Program-made: the position numbers and the translations under genes
Origin: Demequinaceae bacterium
GTDB taxonomy: Bacteria; Actinomycetota; Actinomycetes; Actinomycetales; Demequinaceae
DNA length: 32,000 nucleotides
Assembly: GCA_965250005.1 (NCBI GenBank)
Contig: OZ252279.1
Coordinates: forward strand, 180,001 to 212,000
Direction of reading: 5' to 3'
The notes under the pieces: generated by a model
Told to the model about the DNA's origin: nothing
The model's database searches: none
Seen by the model: only the letters and a program-made list of their open reading frames with translations
Shown here: positions 8,397 through 19,199 of the stretch, one piece after another
Position numbering within the stretch: position 1 is the first letter of the stretch
Layout of the letters: each line of letters begins with the position of its first letter

Positions 8397-9521
8397 CTAC
8401 TCACCAACGCTGACGCCGGGGAACACGCTGTGTTCTTCGGCGGTCGCGTTGAACCACGTGGCCGATGCCATAGTTGCGTCAAATGCGGCCGACAGCAGCC
8501 ACCCGCGTGCCTTGGGTTGGTCGCCGGACTCAACTGCGTCGCCAAACGCCGCCATGTAGGTCGTGGCGATGTTCAGCTCGATCTCGCGCGCGAGCGCGTA
8601 CTGGGCATCCACGTCCGCGAGGGCCGCAGGGTCGATAACATAGGCTGGCGCACGCGGGTCGTCTAGAGGTTCGCGGGGCTCCGCCTCGCTTGCCTGCGCC
8701 TTAGCGAGCGCCACCAGCGCGTTGGCGCGCAGCCAGTGAAGGCGCCCGCGGGCGAGCGAGGCTGCTCGTCCCTCGCCACCATCACGCGCGGCAATCACGT
8801 CGTAAACGAACGCAGCGTGGTCGTGCGCGATGATCATGGCGCGCAGCGCTTCCGGGTCGAGCGCGGCGAGCGAGTCGGCTCCGGGCAGCACTGAATCGAG
8901 AGTGAATCCGCCGGCCGGAGGTAGCGTGCGCTCCGCGACTCGTGCCGGAGCGCCTCCAGCGGCTTCGGCATTCAGGTGCGCCGTCATCGCCGCTGCTACT
9001 GCCTGCGACAACCCGATAGACCCCAGCAGCCTCGCGAGCGACGGGTCATCGAGCGTGAGCGCCCCCGCGAGAGTAGTGTCGCGCGCCCTGATCACCGAGT
9101 ACCCGAGCTGCGGGTGCGATGGTAGTGGCGGCATGGACGGAGACGGCTCGGCGTCAGGGGACGTGTCGGCATAGGCGACGTACACGCCGCCAAGGGCATC
9201 GAGTTGCGCGACGATCGCGCGCTCCTCGAACGCCCGCGCGTACGCGGTGCCGGGAGCCTCCCCAGGTAGTGCACCGGGCTCCAGTGCGGCGGCCACTTGG
9301 GCGAGGGCGAGCGCGGCGGCGTCACGCGCGATTTCAGTTTCCGTGGCGGGCGGGTATGTGGGCTCCGGGGTCTCGATGCGCCAGCTGCAACCCGTGAGGC
9401 CTAGGCCCATGACCGCGGCGAGCGCCGCGCTGGTCACAGTACGCCCAGACACCCGCGGGCGCGTCGGCGCCGCTCGCGAAAGACGAATCCGGGACGCCAT
9501 GGCGGTAATCATCGCATGCAC
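8397..9521 (-). CDS. DUF4439 (ferritin-like fold) domain lipoprotein
   Basis: Lipobox AAVMGLGLTGCS; Ala/Glu-rich helical C-terminus with YNVIAARDGGEGRA-like, ALVALAKAQASEAEP and ATWFNATAEEHSVFPG-like segments; location directly upstream and divergent from rimP is typical for DUF4439 in actinobacteria. Confidence 0.72.
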   Translation of the reverse strand: MHAMITAMASRIRLSRAAPTRPRVSGRTVTSAALAAVMGLGLTGCSWRIETPEPTYPPATETEIARDAAALALAQVAAALEPGALPGEAPGTAYARAFEERAIVAQLDALGGVYVAYADTSPDAEPSPSMPPLPSHPQLGYSVIRARDTTLAGALTLDDPSLARLLGSIGLSQAVAAAMTAHLNAEAAGGAPARVAERTLPPAGGFTLDSVLPGADSLAALDPEALRAMIIAHDHAAFVYDVIAARDGGEGRAASLARGRLHWLRANALVALAKAQASEAEPREPLDDPRAPAYVIDPAALADVDAQYALAREIELNIATTYMAAFGDAVESGDQPKARGWLLSAAFDATMASATWFNATAEEHSVFPGVSVGE

Positions 9522-9594
9522 GCTGCAGCACCGTAGACTGATGTCACAGCAATTTCAGAAACGGAACGCGAATACCGTGTGGGGAGGCGACGCC

Positions 9595-10056
9595 ATGGAC
9601 GTATCGGCGCGAATTGCCGACCTGGCGGCTACGGCCGCACAGAAGCACGGCTTGGACGTAGAGACCGTCAAGATCTCTGCCGCCGGCAAGAACACCCGTG
9701 TGCTCATTACCATTGATTTGCCTGAAGACCAGGTGGGTTCTGCGGCCCTCGACGACGTTGCCGCAGCCTCCCGTGCGATCTCCGAGGTTCTTGACGAGGC
9801 TAACCTTCCGCCCGGACCGCACACGCTCGAGGTGTCAACTCCGGGCACCGATCGCCTGCTCACCACGGAGCACCACTTCAAGCGCGCCCGCACGCGCCGG
9901 GTCACCGTCGAGCTCAACGACGGCGTCAAAATCACCGGCAGGCTGTCCAGCGTGGCCGACGGGGAGGTGTTGCTCGAAACCGAGGACGGGCCGGCAGCCA
10001 TCCCTCTCAGCAACATCGCGACTGGCTCCATCCAGATCGAAATGAAGCGGAAGTAG
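9595..10056 (+). CDS. rimP: Ribosome maturation factor RimP
   Basis: [57 protein letters not shown], immediately upstream of nusA. Confidence 0.93.
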   Translation: MDVSARIADLAATAAQKHGLDVETVKISAAGKNTRVLITIDLPEDQVGSAALDDVAAASRAISEVLDEANLPPGPHTLEVSTPGTDRLLTTEHHFKRARTRRVTVELNDGVKITGRLSSVADGEVLLETEDGPAAIPLSNIATGSIQIEMKRK

Positions 10057-10058
10057 AC

Positions 10059-11132
10059 ATGGACATTGACCTCGAAGCGCTCAAGGGCTTGGAGCGCGAG
10101 AAGGACATCACCTACGCGGTGCTGATCGACGCCATTGAGCAGGCACTGGTGAGTGCGTATCACAAGACTCCTGGCTCGCACGAGCATGCCCGCGCCGTGA
10201 TCGACCGGAGCACGGGCAAGGTGAGCATCATGGCTCGTGAAGACCCGGTGCCCGGCGAGGACGGCGTCGTGCCGCCCGCGGACCCGCGCGCGCCCGAGTT
10301 TGACCACACTCCGGACAACTTTGGCCGCATCGCGACAGCGACCGCGCGCCAGGTGATTTTCCAGCGCCTCCGCCAGGCGGGGGACGACCACGTGTTGTCC
10401 GAGTACTCGGACAAGGAAGGTCAACTGGTTAGCGGCATCATCCAACAGGCCAGCGATCCCCGCAGCGTCCACGTGGACATTGGCGATGTAGAGGCGCTAC
10501 TGCCCGCGCACGAACAGGTTCCCCATGAGTCCTACAAGCACGGCGAAAGGCTGCGCGGCTACGTTCTCGAAGTCACCAGAGGGATGAAGGGTCCGTCCAT
10601 CACCATCAGCAGGACCCACCCCAACCTGGTGCGCCGCCTGTTCGAACTCGAGGTCCCGGAGATCGCTGACGGCACCGTTGAGATTATGGCGCTCGCCCGC
10701 GAGGCAGGGCACCGGTCCAAGATGGCCGTGCGCGCCAACGTCGACGGAGTGAACGCCAAGGGCGCGTGCATCGGACCGCTCGGCTCGCGTGTGCGGGCCG
10801 TTATGGCCGAGTTGCACGACGAAAAAATTGACATTGTGGACTGGGACGACGATCCGGCGACGTTCGTCGGAAATGCACTGTCCCCGTCGCGCGTGGTGAG
10901 CGTGACCGTAGTGGACGAGGAGGCACGCGCCGCTCGCGTCGTCGTCCCCGATTACCACCTGAGCCTCGCCATCGGCAAGGAGGGGCAGAACGCGCGGCTC
11001 GCGGCTCGACTCACGGGCTGGCGCATTGACATTCGGTCAGATGAAGCCCCAGAAGAGCCCGCAGCCGCCGCTTCAGATCGCCCCGCCGTCGCGGTGAATA
11101 CTGCTGACGGCGCGGACGACGCGCCGGCCTAG
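10059..11132 (+). CDS. nusA: Transcription termination/antitermination protein NusA
   Basis: [122 protein letters not shown] (S1 and KH regions). Confidence 0.97.
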   Translation: MDIDLEALKGLEREKDITYAVLIDAIEQALVSAYHKTPGSHEHARAVIDRSTGKVSIMAREDPVPGEDGVVPPADPRAPEFDHTPDNFGRIATATARQVIFQRLRQAGDDHVLSEYSDKEGQLVSGIIQQASDPRSVHVDIGDVEALLPAHEQVPHESYKHGERLRGYVLEVTRGMKGPSITISRTHPNLVRRLFELEVPEIADGTVEIMALAREAGHRSKMAVRANVDGVNAKGACIGPLGSRVRAVMAELHDEKIDIVDWDDDPATFVGNALSPSRVVSVTVVDEEARAARVVVPDYHLSLAIGKEGQNARLAARLTGWRIDIRSDEAPEEPAAAASDRPAVAVNTADGADDAPA

Positions 11133-11149
11133 CGCAACCCGGTACACTA

Positions 11150-11452
11150 GTGACGCCGAGAAACCAGTCTCGTGCACCCGAACAAGGCGCCACGGGCCCG
11201 CAAGGACCGCAGCGCACATGCATCGGGTGCAGGCGGCAGGCGTCTCGGTCGGTCCTTGTGCGACTGGTAGTGAGCGGCGGCAACGTCGTGATCGACCAGA
11301 GTCAGAGCATGCCGGGACGGGGCGCATACGTGCACCCCGCATCGGATTGCATGGCCACGGCACTTGATAGGCGGGCCGTCGGCAGAGCACTTCGAAATGC
11401 CGACGCAGATGCCTCAGGACTGACCCCATCCACCATTGAAGAATCGGGATGA
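11150..11452 (+). CDS. rnpM: YlxR/RnpM family RNA-binding protein (DUF448)
   Basis: RTCIGCRRQASRSVLVRLVV and MPGRGAYVHPASDCMATALDRRAVGRALR between nusA and infB. Confidence 0.92.
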   Translation: MTPRNQSRAPEQGATGPQGPQRTCIGCRRQASRSVLVRLVVSGGNVVIDQSQSMPGRGAYVHPASDCMATALDRRAVGRALRNADADASGLTPSTIEESG

Positions 11453-11543
11453 ATCCCATGAACAAGCGATGAGTAACTCAAAATGAGTTCCGCTCGGTAA
11501 CGATGGTTCGGCCCTGTCTTGGTCGAACCGAGACAGGAGAATT

Positions 11544-14243
11544 GTGGCTAAGCCCCGCGTCCATGAGATTGCCAAAGAACTTGGTGTCTCGTCCAAGGAC
11601 CTGATCACCAAACTCAACGAAATTGGCGAATACGTTAAGGGTCCCTCGTCAACCCTTGAAGCGCCCGTCATCCGCAAGGCCAAAGAGGCCTTTCCCGCGC
11701 CCAAGGTCAAGCCCGCGGCCAAAAAGCCTGCGGCTAAGAAGCCCGCCGCCAAGAAGCCCGCGGCCAAGGCTGCTCCCTCAGCTCCGACGCCCGAGGCACC
11801 TGCCGAGGCTGCACCCGCCGCAGCGCCTGCGGCTGACGCACCCGCACCCGCCGCTGCGCCTGCGGACACGGACGCCAAGCCCGCGGACGCCAAGTTCACC
11901 GAGGCGAAGCCCGCTGACAGTAAGGACGGCGACGCACCGGCCAGTGACATGCCGCGCCCGCGCCCGCGGCCCGGCGGCAACAACCCCTTCAACGCTCCGC
12001 GGCCCCGTCCGCGCCCGGGCGGCAACAACCCGTTCCAGACCAATCGTCCTCCGGGACGCCCCGGTAGCGGCCCGGCACGTTCAGGCGGCCCGGGCGGATC
12101 TGGTGGCGCTCCGGCGCGCACCGGTGGCCCTGGCGGTGCCGGCGGTGCAGGTGGCGGCGGCGGAAACTACCGTGGTGGACCGGGCGGCGCCGGAGGGCCC
12201 GGCGGAGGCCGCGGTCCCGGCGGCGCAGGTCGACCAGGCGGCGGGCCTGGCGGCCCTCCCCGCGGTGGCAGCGGCGGTCCAGCAGGTCGCGGCCGCGGTC
12301 GCGGCGGAGGCACCGCAGGAGCATTCGGCAAGGGTGGAGGTCGCCCGGCGAAGAGCCGCAAATCCAAGCGGGCAAAGCGGGCTGAATATGAGCTTCAGCA
12401 GGCGCCGGCAATCGGAGGCGTCCAGGTCCCTCGCGGCGATGGCACCACTATTCTGCGCCTGCGGCGCGGTGCGACGCTCGCGGACTTCGCTGAGAAAATC
12501 GACGTCGATCCCGCTTCGCTTGTAACCATACTTTTCCACCTGGGCGAGATGGCTACGGCCACGCAGTCCCTGGACGAAGAGACATTCGAAACCCTGGGAG
12601 CCGAGCTCGGCTACCGCATCGAGATTGTGTCGCCTGAGGATGAGGACCGCGAGCTGCTCGAGGACTTCGGGCTCGACCTCGATGCCGAGCTCGCTGCCGA
12701 GACCGACGAAGATCTCGAGGATCGCCCCCCGGTGGTCACCGTCATGGGTCACGTCGATCACGGTAAGACCAAGCTGCTTGACGCCATCCGCAAATCTGAC
12801 GTTGTGGACGATGAGGCTGGTGGCATTACGCAGCACATCGGCGCCTACCAAGTCCACCACATTCACGAAAAGGTCAACCGCGCCATCACATTCATTGACA
12901 CCCCGGGCCACGAGGCGTTCACCGCCATGCGTGCCCGAGGTGCCCGCGTCACCGACATCGCGATCCTTGTGGTTGCGGCAGACGACGGCGTGATGCCGCA
13001 GACCATTGAAGCGCTCAACCACGCGCAGGCGGCAAACGTGCCGATCGTGGTTGCCGTCAACAAGGTGGACAAGGAGGGCGCCAACCCTTCCAAGATTCGC
13101 CAGCAGCTCACCGAGTACAACCTGGTCGCCGAAGAATTCGGCGGCGACACCATGTTCATCGACGTGTCCGCGCTCAAGGGCGACGGCGTTGACAACCTGC
13201 TTGAGGCGGTGTTGCTTACCGCCGACGCCGGGCTTGACCTACGCGCCAACCCGAACAAGTCCGCTCGCGGCGTGGCCGTTGAAGCGCACCTCGACAAGGG
13301 CCGCGGCGCGGTCGCTACTGTCCTGGTGCAGTCAGGAACCCTGCGGATCGGCGACTCGATCGTGGCGGGAACGGCCCACGGCCGCGTCCGCGCCATGTTC
13401 GACGAGCACGACCAGGAGGTCGAAGAGGCGTTGCCCGCGCGTCCGGTGCTGGTGCTGGGCCTGACGTCCGTGCCGGGCGCAGGCGACAGCCTACTCGTGG
13501 CAGACGACGACCGTACGGCCCGCCAGATCGCGGACAAGCGTGAAGCTGCCAACCGCGCGGCCCAGCTCGCCAAGCGCCGCAAGCGCATCAGCCTCGAGGA
13601 CTTCACCCAGGCCCTCGAAGACGGCAAGGTCGACACGCTCAACCTCATCATCAAGGGCGACGTGTCCGGTGGTGTGGAAGCGCTCGAGGACGCTCTGGTG
13701 GCGATCGAGGTGGACGACAGTGTCGACCTACGGATTATTCACCGCGGTGTCGGTGCCGTAACGCAGAACGACGTCAACCTGGCTACCGTCGACAACGCGA
13801 TAATTCTCGGGTTCAACGTGCGTCCTGCCGAACGCGTGCAGGAACTCGCGGACCGCGAGGGCGTTGACATGCGTTTCTACTCGGTCATATACCGTGCGAT
13901 CGAGGACATCGAAGCAGCACTCAAGGGCATGCTCAAGCCCGAGTTCGAAGAGAAGCAAACCGGCTCGGCCGAGATTCAGGAGATTTTCCGCTCCTCGAAG
14001 TTCGGAAATATTGCCGGTTGCATGGTTCGCAGCGGTACGATTCGCCGCAACGCCAGGGCGCGCATATCCCGCGAGGGGGTTGTGCTCGGCGAGGCCGACA
14101 TCGAGACACTGCGCCGATTCAAGGACGACGCCACCGAGGTCAAGGACGGGTTCGAGTGCGGTATTGGTCTCGGCAAGTTCAATGACATTCAAGTGGGCGA
14201 CGCCATTGAAACCTTCGAGATGGTGGAGATTCCGAGGACCTAA
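11544..14243 (+). CDS. infB: Translation initiation factor IF-2
   Basis: [29 protein letters not shown]-terminal motif; [41 protein letters not shown]; [19 protein letters not shown]; [11 protein letters not shown]. Confidence 0.98.
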   Translation: MAKPRVHEIAKELGVSSKDLITKLNEIGEYVKGPSSTLEAPVIRKAKEAFPAPKVKPAAKKPAAKKPAAKKPAAKAAPSAPTPEAPAEAAPAAAPAADAPAPAAAPADTDAKPADAKFTEAKPADSKDGDAPASDMPRPRPRPGGNNPFNAPRPRPRPGGNNPFQTNRPPGRPGSGPARSGGPGGSGGAPARTGGPGGAGGAGGGGGNYRGGPGGAGGPGGGRGPGGAGRPGGGPGGPPRGGSGGPAGRGRGRGGGTAGAFGKGGGRPAKSRKSKRAKRAEYELQQAPAIGGVQVPRGDGTTILRLRRGATLADFAEKIDVDPASLVTILFHLGEMATATQSLDEETFETLGAELGYRIEIVSPEDEDRELLEDFGLDLDAELAAETDEDLEDRPPVVTVMGHVDHGKTKLLDAIRKSDVVDDEAGGITQHIGAYQVHHIHEKVNRAITFIDTPGHEAFTAMRARGARVTDIAILVVAADDGVMPQTIEALNHAQAANVPIVVAVNKVDKEGANPSKIRQQLTEYNLVAEEFGGDTMFIDVSALKGDGVDNLLEAVLLTADAGLDLRANPNKSARGVAVEAHLDKGRGAVATVLVQSGTLRIGDSIVAGTAHGRVRAMFDEHDQEVEEALPARPVLVLGLTSVPGAGDSLLVADDDRTARQIADKREAANRAAQLAKRRKRISLEDFTQALEDGKVDTLNLIIKGDVSGGVEALEDALVAIEVDDSVDLRIIHRGVGAVTQNDVNLATVDNAIILGFNVRPAERVQELADREGVDMRFYSVIYRAIEDIEAALKGMLKPEFEEKQTGSAEIQEIFRSSKFGNIAGCMVRSGTIRRNARARISREGVVLGEADIETLRRFKDDATEVKDGFECGIGLGKFNDIQVGDAIETFEMVEIPRT
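11712..11768 (+). repeat. 15-bp coding repeats (PAAKK x4, last unit partial) in the infB N-terminal linker
   Basis: CCCGCGGCCAAAAAG / CCTGCGGCTAAGAAG / CCCGCCGCCAAGAAG / CCCGCGGCCAAG. Confidence 0.85.
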
Positions 14244-14752
14244 TGGTTGATTCCGCCCGAGCGCTCAAACTGGCGGGCACGATCAAAAGGATCGTGGCCC
14301 AGGCTCTAGAAAACGACATCAAGGACCCCCGCCTGGGGTTCGTCACCGTGACCGACGTTCGCGTCACGGGAGACCTTCAGCAGGCGTCGGTGTTCTACAC
14401 CGTGCTCGGTGGCGAGCTCGACCGCGAGAACACTGCGGCCGCGCTCGAGTCCGCGCGCGGGCGGCTCCGATCGCACATGGGCGGTCAGCTGGCTATCCGG
14501 CTAACTCCCACGCTTGACTTCTTCTTGGACGCGGTGCCAGAGACGGCGGCGTCCATCGAGGAGGCGCTACACAAGGCTCACGAGGCCGACGCAGCCGCCG
14601 CCGCGCTACGGGCCAAGGCCACCTACGCGGGCGAGGCGGACCCGTACAAGCGCCCGGAGCCGGAGTCCGAACCGAAGTCCGACGGCGAGCCCGAACGGGA
14701 AACCGAGCCGCAGCCTGTAGCGAGCGCTGAGCCGGATGGCAAAGACTCCTAG
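14243..14752 (+). CDS. rbfA: Ribosome-binding factor A
   Basis: [74 protein letters not shown]. Confidence 0.96.
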   Translation: MVDSARALKLAGTIKRIVAQALENDIKDPRLGFVTVTDVRVTGDLQQASVFYTVLGGELDRENTAAALESARGRLRSHMGGQLAIRLTPTLDFFLDAVPETAASIEEALHKAHEADAAAAALRAKATYAGEADPYKRPEPESEPKSDGEPERETEPQPVASAEPDGKDS

Positions 14753-15674
14753 GCCGGAGCCCGCCCCCGGGTTGCTCGTGGTCGACAAGCAAGCGGGCTG
14801 GACGTCGCACGACGTGGTTGCGAAGGCCCGCGGCATCCTCGCGACCAAGAAGGTTGGACACGCGGGCACACTCGACCCCATGGCCACCGGCGTACTCGTC
14901 CTGGGCGTCGGCAAGGCCACCCGGCTGTTGACGTTTGTCGTGGGCGCGGACAAGGACTACACCGCGACCATCCGGCTGGGCCAAACCACCATTACGGACG
15001 ACGCCGAAGGCGAGGTCGTAGTCGAAGTAGACGCTTCCAGCGTCACTGACGCCCAGATCATGGAAGCCGTGCGTTCACTAACCGGGAACATCTCGCAGGT
15101 GCCCAGTTCCGTCAGCGCAATCAAAATCGACGGCAAGCGCAGCTATGCGCGCGTGCGCGGGGGAGAAGACGTGGTGATTCCCGCGCGTCCGGTGACGGTC
15201 AGCCGCTTCGAGGTACTGGACGTCCGCCGCGCAGGCACCATGGTGGACGTCGACGTGGAGGCGACCGTGTCATCCGGCACGTACATTCGAGCTCTCGCGC
15301 GTGACGTGGGTGCAGGCACTGGCGTCGGTGGCCACATCACAGCCCTGCGACGCACGCGTGTCGGCCCTTTCGGTCTTGCTGAAGCGCGCACGTTGGACCA
15401 GATACAGGCGATTGCGGATGCTGGGGAGAAACCTGGGTCCATCTCGCTCGCTGACGCGGCTGCGCGCACAATGCCGTCCATCGAGGTTTCTGATGAACAT
15501 CGAGAGGAGCTTCGGCACGGCCGGGGCATACCGCTCAACGCCTCTGCCGCGACCTTTGACGGAAAGGCCGCAGCGATTTCGGTGGCCGGTACGCTGGTGG
15601 CGATCGTCGAGGCCAGAGGCGAGGTCCTTCGGCCCGTTATTGTCTTCGATGGGATCGAGGGTTCCCGCCCATGA
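14736..15674 (+). CDS. truB: tRNA pseudouridine(55) synthase TruB
   Basis: [63 protein letters not shown]. Confidence 0.97.
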   Translation: MAKTPRPEPAPGLLVVDKQAGWTSHDVVAKARGILATKKVGHAGTLDPMATGVLVLGVGKATRLLTFVVGADKDYTATIRLGQTTITDDAEGEVVVEVDASSVTDAQIMEAVRSLTGNISQVPSSVSAIKIDGKRSYARVRGGEDVVIPARPVTVSRFEVLDVRRAGTMVDVDVEATVSSGTYIRALARDVGAGTGVGGHITALRRTRVGPFGLAEARTLDQIQAIADAGEKPGSISLADAAARTMPSIEVSDEHREELRHGRGIPLNASAATFDGKAAAISVAGTLVAIVEARGEVLRPVIVFDGIEGSRP

Positions 15675-16672
15675 CGGCTGTTTGGCGCTCGCTCGACGAG
15701 GTGCCCGCAGACTACGGCCCGACCGTCGTCACGCTCGGCAATTTCGACGGCGTTCACCGGGGCCACCAGGCCGTCCTGAGCACCATGGTGAGCGATGCCC
15801 GCGATCGGGGTCAGCGCGCGGTCGCGGTTACATTTGACCCCCACCCCCTCGCGGTTCACTACCCGGATAGGCTCCTCACGCTCATTACTGGGATTGCGGA
15901 CCGGCTTGACCGGCTGTGCGACCTTGCGCTGGACGCGACCCTCGTGGTCGAGTACACGCTTGACTTTGCAGCGCAGACGCCTGATGAGTTCGTCAAGAAC
16001 TACTTTGTGGACGGCTTGCGCGCGGCGACAGTGGTTGTGGGCAAGGACACCAAGTTCGGCGCGAATAACGCAGGCGACGCACAGACGATGCGGGGGCTCG
16101 GGGCTAAGTACGGTTTCGAAGTCGAGGTGGTCGAGGAGGCCCACGGCCCGGCGAACGGGGACGAGCGCGAGTGGTCCTCCACGTGGATTCGCGAACTGCT
16201 CGCCGCGGGACGCGTCGCTGACGCTGCCAGGGTGCTGGGACGCCCACATCGTGTTCGCGGCGTTGTGGTTCACGGAAACAAACTGGGCAGTGAGATCGGA
16301 TTTCCTACGGCGAACATCGAGGTGACAGCCGGGATGGTTCCCGCTCACGGCGTCTACGCTGGCTGGCTCATGGTGTTGGCGAGCCCCGATGGAGTCGACA
16401 CCCGCGACGTCGCCGTATACGCCGAGCACTACCTCGGAAGGCGCTTGCCGGCCGCCATCAGCGTGGGGGTCAACTCCACCGTCGGCGGCACCGAAGTTCG
16501 TGTCGAAGCGCACGTCATCGGCATGGACGACATCGATCTATACGGCTCGACGGTCGCGCTCGACCTCGTCGATTACCGCAGGCCCATGGTGGATCTCGGA
16601 TCGATCGAGGCGCTCACGGCGGCGCTTGCCGAGGATGTCGATTGGGCAAAACAGGTGCTAGATCAGTCTTAG
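15671..16672 (+). CDS. ribF: Bifunctional riboflavin kinase/FAD synthetase
   Basis: VVTLGNFDGVHRGHQAVL, VTFDPHPLAVHYPDR, SSTWIRELLAAG, GRPHRVRGVVVHGNKLGSEIGFPTANIE, YAGWLMV. Confidence 0.96.
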   Translation: MTAVWRSLDEVPADYGPTVVTLGNFDGVHRGHQAVLSTMVSDARDRGQRAVAVTFDPHPLAVHYPDRLLTLITGIADRLDRLCDLALDATLVVEYTLDFAAQTPDEFVKNYFVDGLRAATVVVGKDTKFGANNAGDAQTMRGLGAKYGFEVEVVEEAHGPANGDEREWSSTWIRELLAAGRVADAARVLGRPHRVRGVVVHGNKLGSEIGFPTANIEVTAGMVPAHGVYAGWLMVLASPDGVDTRDVAVYAEHYLGRRLPAAISVGVNSTVGGTEVRVEAHVIGMDDIDLYGSTVALDLVDYRRPMVDLGSIEALTAALAEDVDWAKQVLDQS

Positions 16673-16710
16673 GCACTGACAAGCGTGCCGTGGAGCACTA
16701 GTGTCAAGTA

Positions 16711-17484
16711 ATGGCCAAAGACAACGTTGTCGGGGCGGCTCGCAAGGGTAACTTGCTGGTCTCCATGACCAATGTGAACAAGCACTTCGGTGACTTGCAC
16801 GTTCTGCAGGACATCAACCTTCACGTGAAGAAGGGCGAGGTAGTAGTAGTCATTGGGCCATCTGGCTCCGGGAAATCCACACTATGCCGCACCATCAACC
16901 GGCTCGAGACCATAGACGACGGCACGATCGAAATCGATGGCGAACCGCTGGCCGACGAGGGCAGCGCGCTCGCAAGGCTTCGTGCGGACGTCGGAATGGT
17001 TTTTCAATCGTTCAACCTCTTCGCGCACAAATCCATTCTTGAGAACGTGATGCTCGGCCCGCTCAAGGTCAAGAAGATGCCGAAGGGCGACGCCGAGGAG
17101 CTCGCTTTGAGTCTGCTGAAGCGGGTGGGGATCGCGGAGCAGGCGGACAAGTATCCCGCTCAACTCTCGGGAGGCCAGCAACAGCGGGTAGCAATCGCGC
17201 GCTCCCTGGCCATGCAGCCCAAGGTGATGCTCTTCGACGAGCCCACCTCGGCTCTCGATCCCGAGATGATAAACGAGGTCCTAGACGTCATGACCGACCT
17301 TGCGAAGGAAGGCATGACGATGATTGTTGTCACTCACGAAATGGGCTTCGCCCGCATGGCTGCGGACCGCGTCGTATTCATGGACGAAGGGCAAATCGTC
17401 GAAGAGGCAACACCAGAACAGTTCTTCACCAATGCCAAGAGTGCCAGGGCGAAGGACTTCCTGTCCAAAATCTTGACGCACTAG
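16711..17484 (+). CDS. Polar amino acid (glutamate/glutamine type) ABC transporter ATP-binding protein
   Basis: [22 protein letters not shown] (Walker A), [35 protein letters not shown] (signature and Walker B). Confidence 0.96.
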   Translation: MAKDNVVGAARKGNLLVSMTNVNKHFGDLHVLQDINLHVKKGEVVVVIGPSGSGKSTLCRTINRLETIDDGTIEIDGEPLADEGSALARLRADVGMVFQSFNLFAHKSILENVMLGPLKVKKMPKGDAEELALSLLKRVGIAEQADKYPAQLSGGQQQRVAIARSLAMQPKVMLFDEPTSALDPEMINEVLDVMTDLAKEGMTMIVVTHEMGFARMAADRVVFMDEGQIVEEATPEQFFTNAKSARAKDFLSKILTH

Positions 17485-17538
17485 TTGCGCCAGGGGGCCG
17501 CGCAAAAACGCGTCGGCGCCGATCGAAGGAGAAACCAA

Positions 17539-18405
17539 ATGATGAAGACCGTGAAGATCGCGGCTGTAGCTGCAGCGGCAACGCTGACGCTAGCCGCGTG
17601 TTCATCTACAGGAACCGGAGTGTCGGACGTTGATCCTGAGTCCTTCGCTGACGGATCGACCATGCGGGCTTTAGCCGAAGCAGGTGCGGTCACCATCGGC
17701 ACCAAGTTCGACCAGCCACTATTCGGCCTGGTCGGTCCCGATGGCGTGCCCGAGGGCTTCGACGTCGAAATCGGCAAGATCATCGCCGGTGAACTCGGCA
17801 TCGCTGCCGAAGACATCACGTGGGTTGAGACCGTGTCTGCCAACCGCGAACCCTTCATTGAGGGTGAACAGGTGGACTTCGTGGTTGCGACGTACACGAT
17901 CAACGACAAGCGCAAGGACATCATCTCCTTCGCTGGCCCTTACTACAACGCAGGTCAGGCACTGATGACGCTGGATTCAAACAGCGACATCACGGGCCCG
18001 GATGACCTCGACGGTAAGAACGTCTGCTCGGTTGAGGGCTCGACGCCCGCAGCCAACATTGCGGACAACTACCCGGATTCGAACCTCGTGCTGTTTGCCG
18101 CGTACTCCGATTGCTTGGAGCCGCTCCGCAACGGTGAGGTCGACGTCGTCACCACTGACAACGTGATCCTCGCGGGTTACGTTGACCAGTCCGACGGCGA
18201 GTTCAAGGTTGTTGGTGAGCCTTTCACCGAGGAGCCGTACGGCATCGGTGTTCTGCGCAATGATGACGACTTCCGCGACTGGATCAACGACGTCCTCGAA
18301 GAGATCTACGAGGATGGCCGTTGGGAGAAGGCATGGAACGACACCGCCGGTGAAGTACTGCCGCTGGCTGTTGCCCCTGCTGTCGATCGCTACGAAGTTA
18401 GCTAA
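17539..18405 (+). CDS. Amino acid ABC transporter substrate-binding lipoprotein (glutamate-binding type)
   Basis: MMKTVKIAAVAAAATLTLAACSS lipobox; GTKFDQPLFGLVGPDGVPEGFDVEIGKIIAGELGI; FVVATYTINDKRKDIISFAGPYYNAGQALM. Confidence 0.94.
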   Translation: MMKTVKIAAVAAAATLTLAACSSTGTGVSDVDPESFADGSTMRALAEAGAVTIGTKFDQPLFGLVGPDGVPEGFDVEIGKIIAGELGIAAEDITWVETVSANREPFIEGEQVDFVVATYTINDKRKDIISFAGPYYNAGQALMTLDSNSDITGPDDLDGKNVCSVEGSTPAANIADNYPDSNLVLFAAYSDCLEPLRNGEVDVVTTDNVILAGYVDQSDGEFKVVGEPFTEEPYGIGVLRNDDDFRDWINDVLEEIYEDGRWEKAWNDTAGEVLPLAVAPAVDRYEVS

Positions 18406-18414
18406 TTGAGGATG

Positions 18415-18444
18415 GCGGGCCCGCGGCTGATGCCGCGGGCCCGC
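18415..18444 (+). promoter_or_regulatory. Perfect 13-bp stem / 4-nt loop hairpin in the spacer between substrate-binding protein and permease genes
   Basis: GCGGGCCCGCGGC-TGAT-GCCGCGGGCCCGC, 10 nt after the stop codon, with no following T-tract. Confidence 0.85.
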
Positions 18445-18470
18445 TTGCCCCTCAGGCAAAGGAGCTAAGC

Positions 18471-19199
18471 GTGTTACCCCTAAAGATTGTCGACCCCGGT
18501 GTCACCGACTACGACGCCGTGTACTCAGTACCGGGGTTGCTATGGCAGGGATTCTTGTCGACGCTGCTCATCGCTGTGGTCGCAGGAGTGATCTCGCTCA
18601 TATGGGGAACAATCCTGGGTGCGTTCCGGGTTTCGCCCATCGGCCCGCTGCGCACGTTCGGCACCGCATACGTGACTATCGTGCGCAACTCGCCCCTTAC
18701 CCTGATCTTTCTTTTTCTCGGGGGCACACTCTCGGCGATGTTCGGGATCGTTATCCCCATTTCAAGGAACACCTACGCTGGAATCACCATCAACAACGGC
18801 ATCATTTTCGCCATCGTCGCGCTGAGCTTGTACACGGCTACGTTCGTGTGTGAGGTCGTGCGCTCAGGCGTCAACTCGGTGGAGGTAGGGCAGGCAGAGG
18901 CCGCCCGCTCGATCGGGCTCACATTTGTTCAGACTCTCAGCCACGTCGTGATGCCGCAAGCATTCCGCTCCGTCGTGCCGCCCCTCATCAATGTCTACGT
19001 CGCCCACGTGAAAAACACGTCAGTTGCCGCAGGATTCGCCGCCACAGAGCTCGTCGCTGTCGCGAACCGACTCGGCAACCAAGAGCCACAAGCTGTCGTC
19101 TTGTTATTCGCTGGTGTGGGAGCGCTGTACCTTGCCATCACGATTCCCATGGGCGTCGCGGCCGGACGCCTCGAGCGGAAGGTGGCGATCGCCCGATGA
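18471..19199 (+). CDS. Amino acid ABC transporter permease (first of two)
   Basis: GTG start; LLWQGFLSTLLIAVVAGVISLIWGTILGAFRVSPIGPLRTFGTAYVTIVRNSPLTL and EVGQAEAARSIGLTFVQTLSHVVMPQAFRSVVPPL (EAA motif). Confidence 0.94.
   Translation: MLPLKIVDPGVTDYDAVYSVPGLLWQGFLSTLLIAVVAGVISLIWGTILGAFRVSPIGPLRTFGTAYVTIVRNSPLTLIFLFLGGTLSAMFGIVIPISRNTYAGITINNGIIFAIVALSLYTATFVCEVVRSGVNSVEVGQAEAARSIGLTFVQTLSHVVMPQAFRSVVPPLINVYVAHVKNTSVAAGFAATELVAVANRLGNQEPQAVVLLFAGVGALYLAITIPMGVAAGRLERKVAIAR

Noticed and set aside
12081-14192. Several long minus-strand ORFs opposite infB
   Set aside because: infB is unambiguous; the antisense ORFs are low-complexity shadows with no recognisable domains.
15143-16513. 456-aa minus-strand ORF opposite truB/ribF
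   Set aside because: Fully antisense to two confident genes in high-GC DNA, with no motifs.
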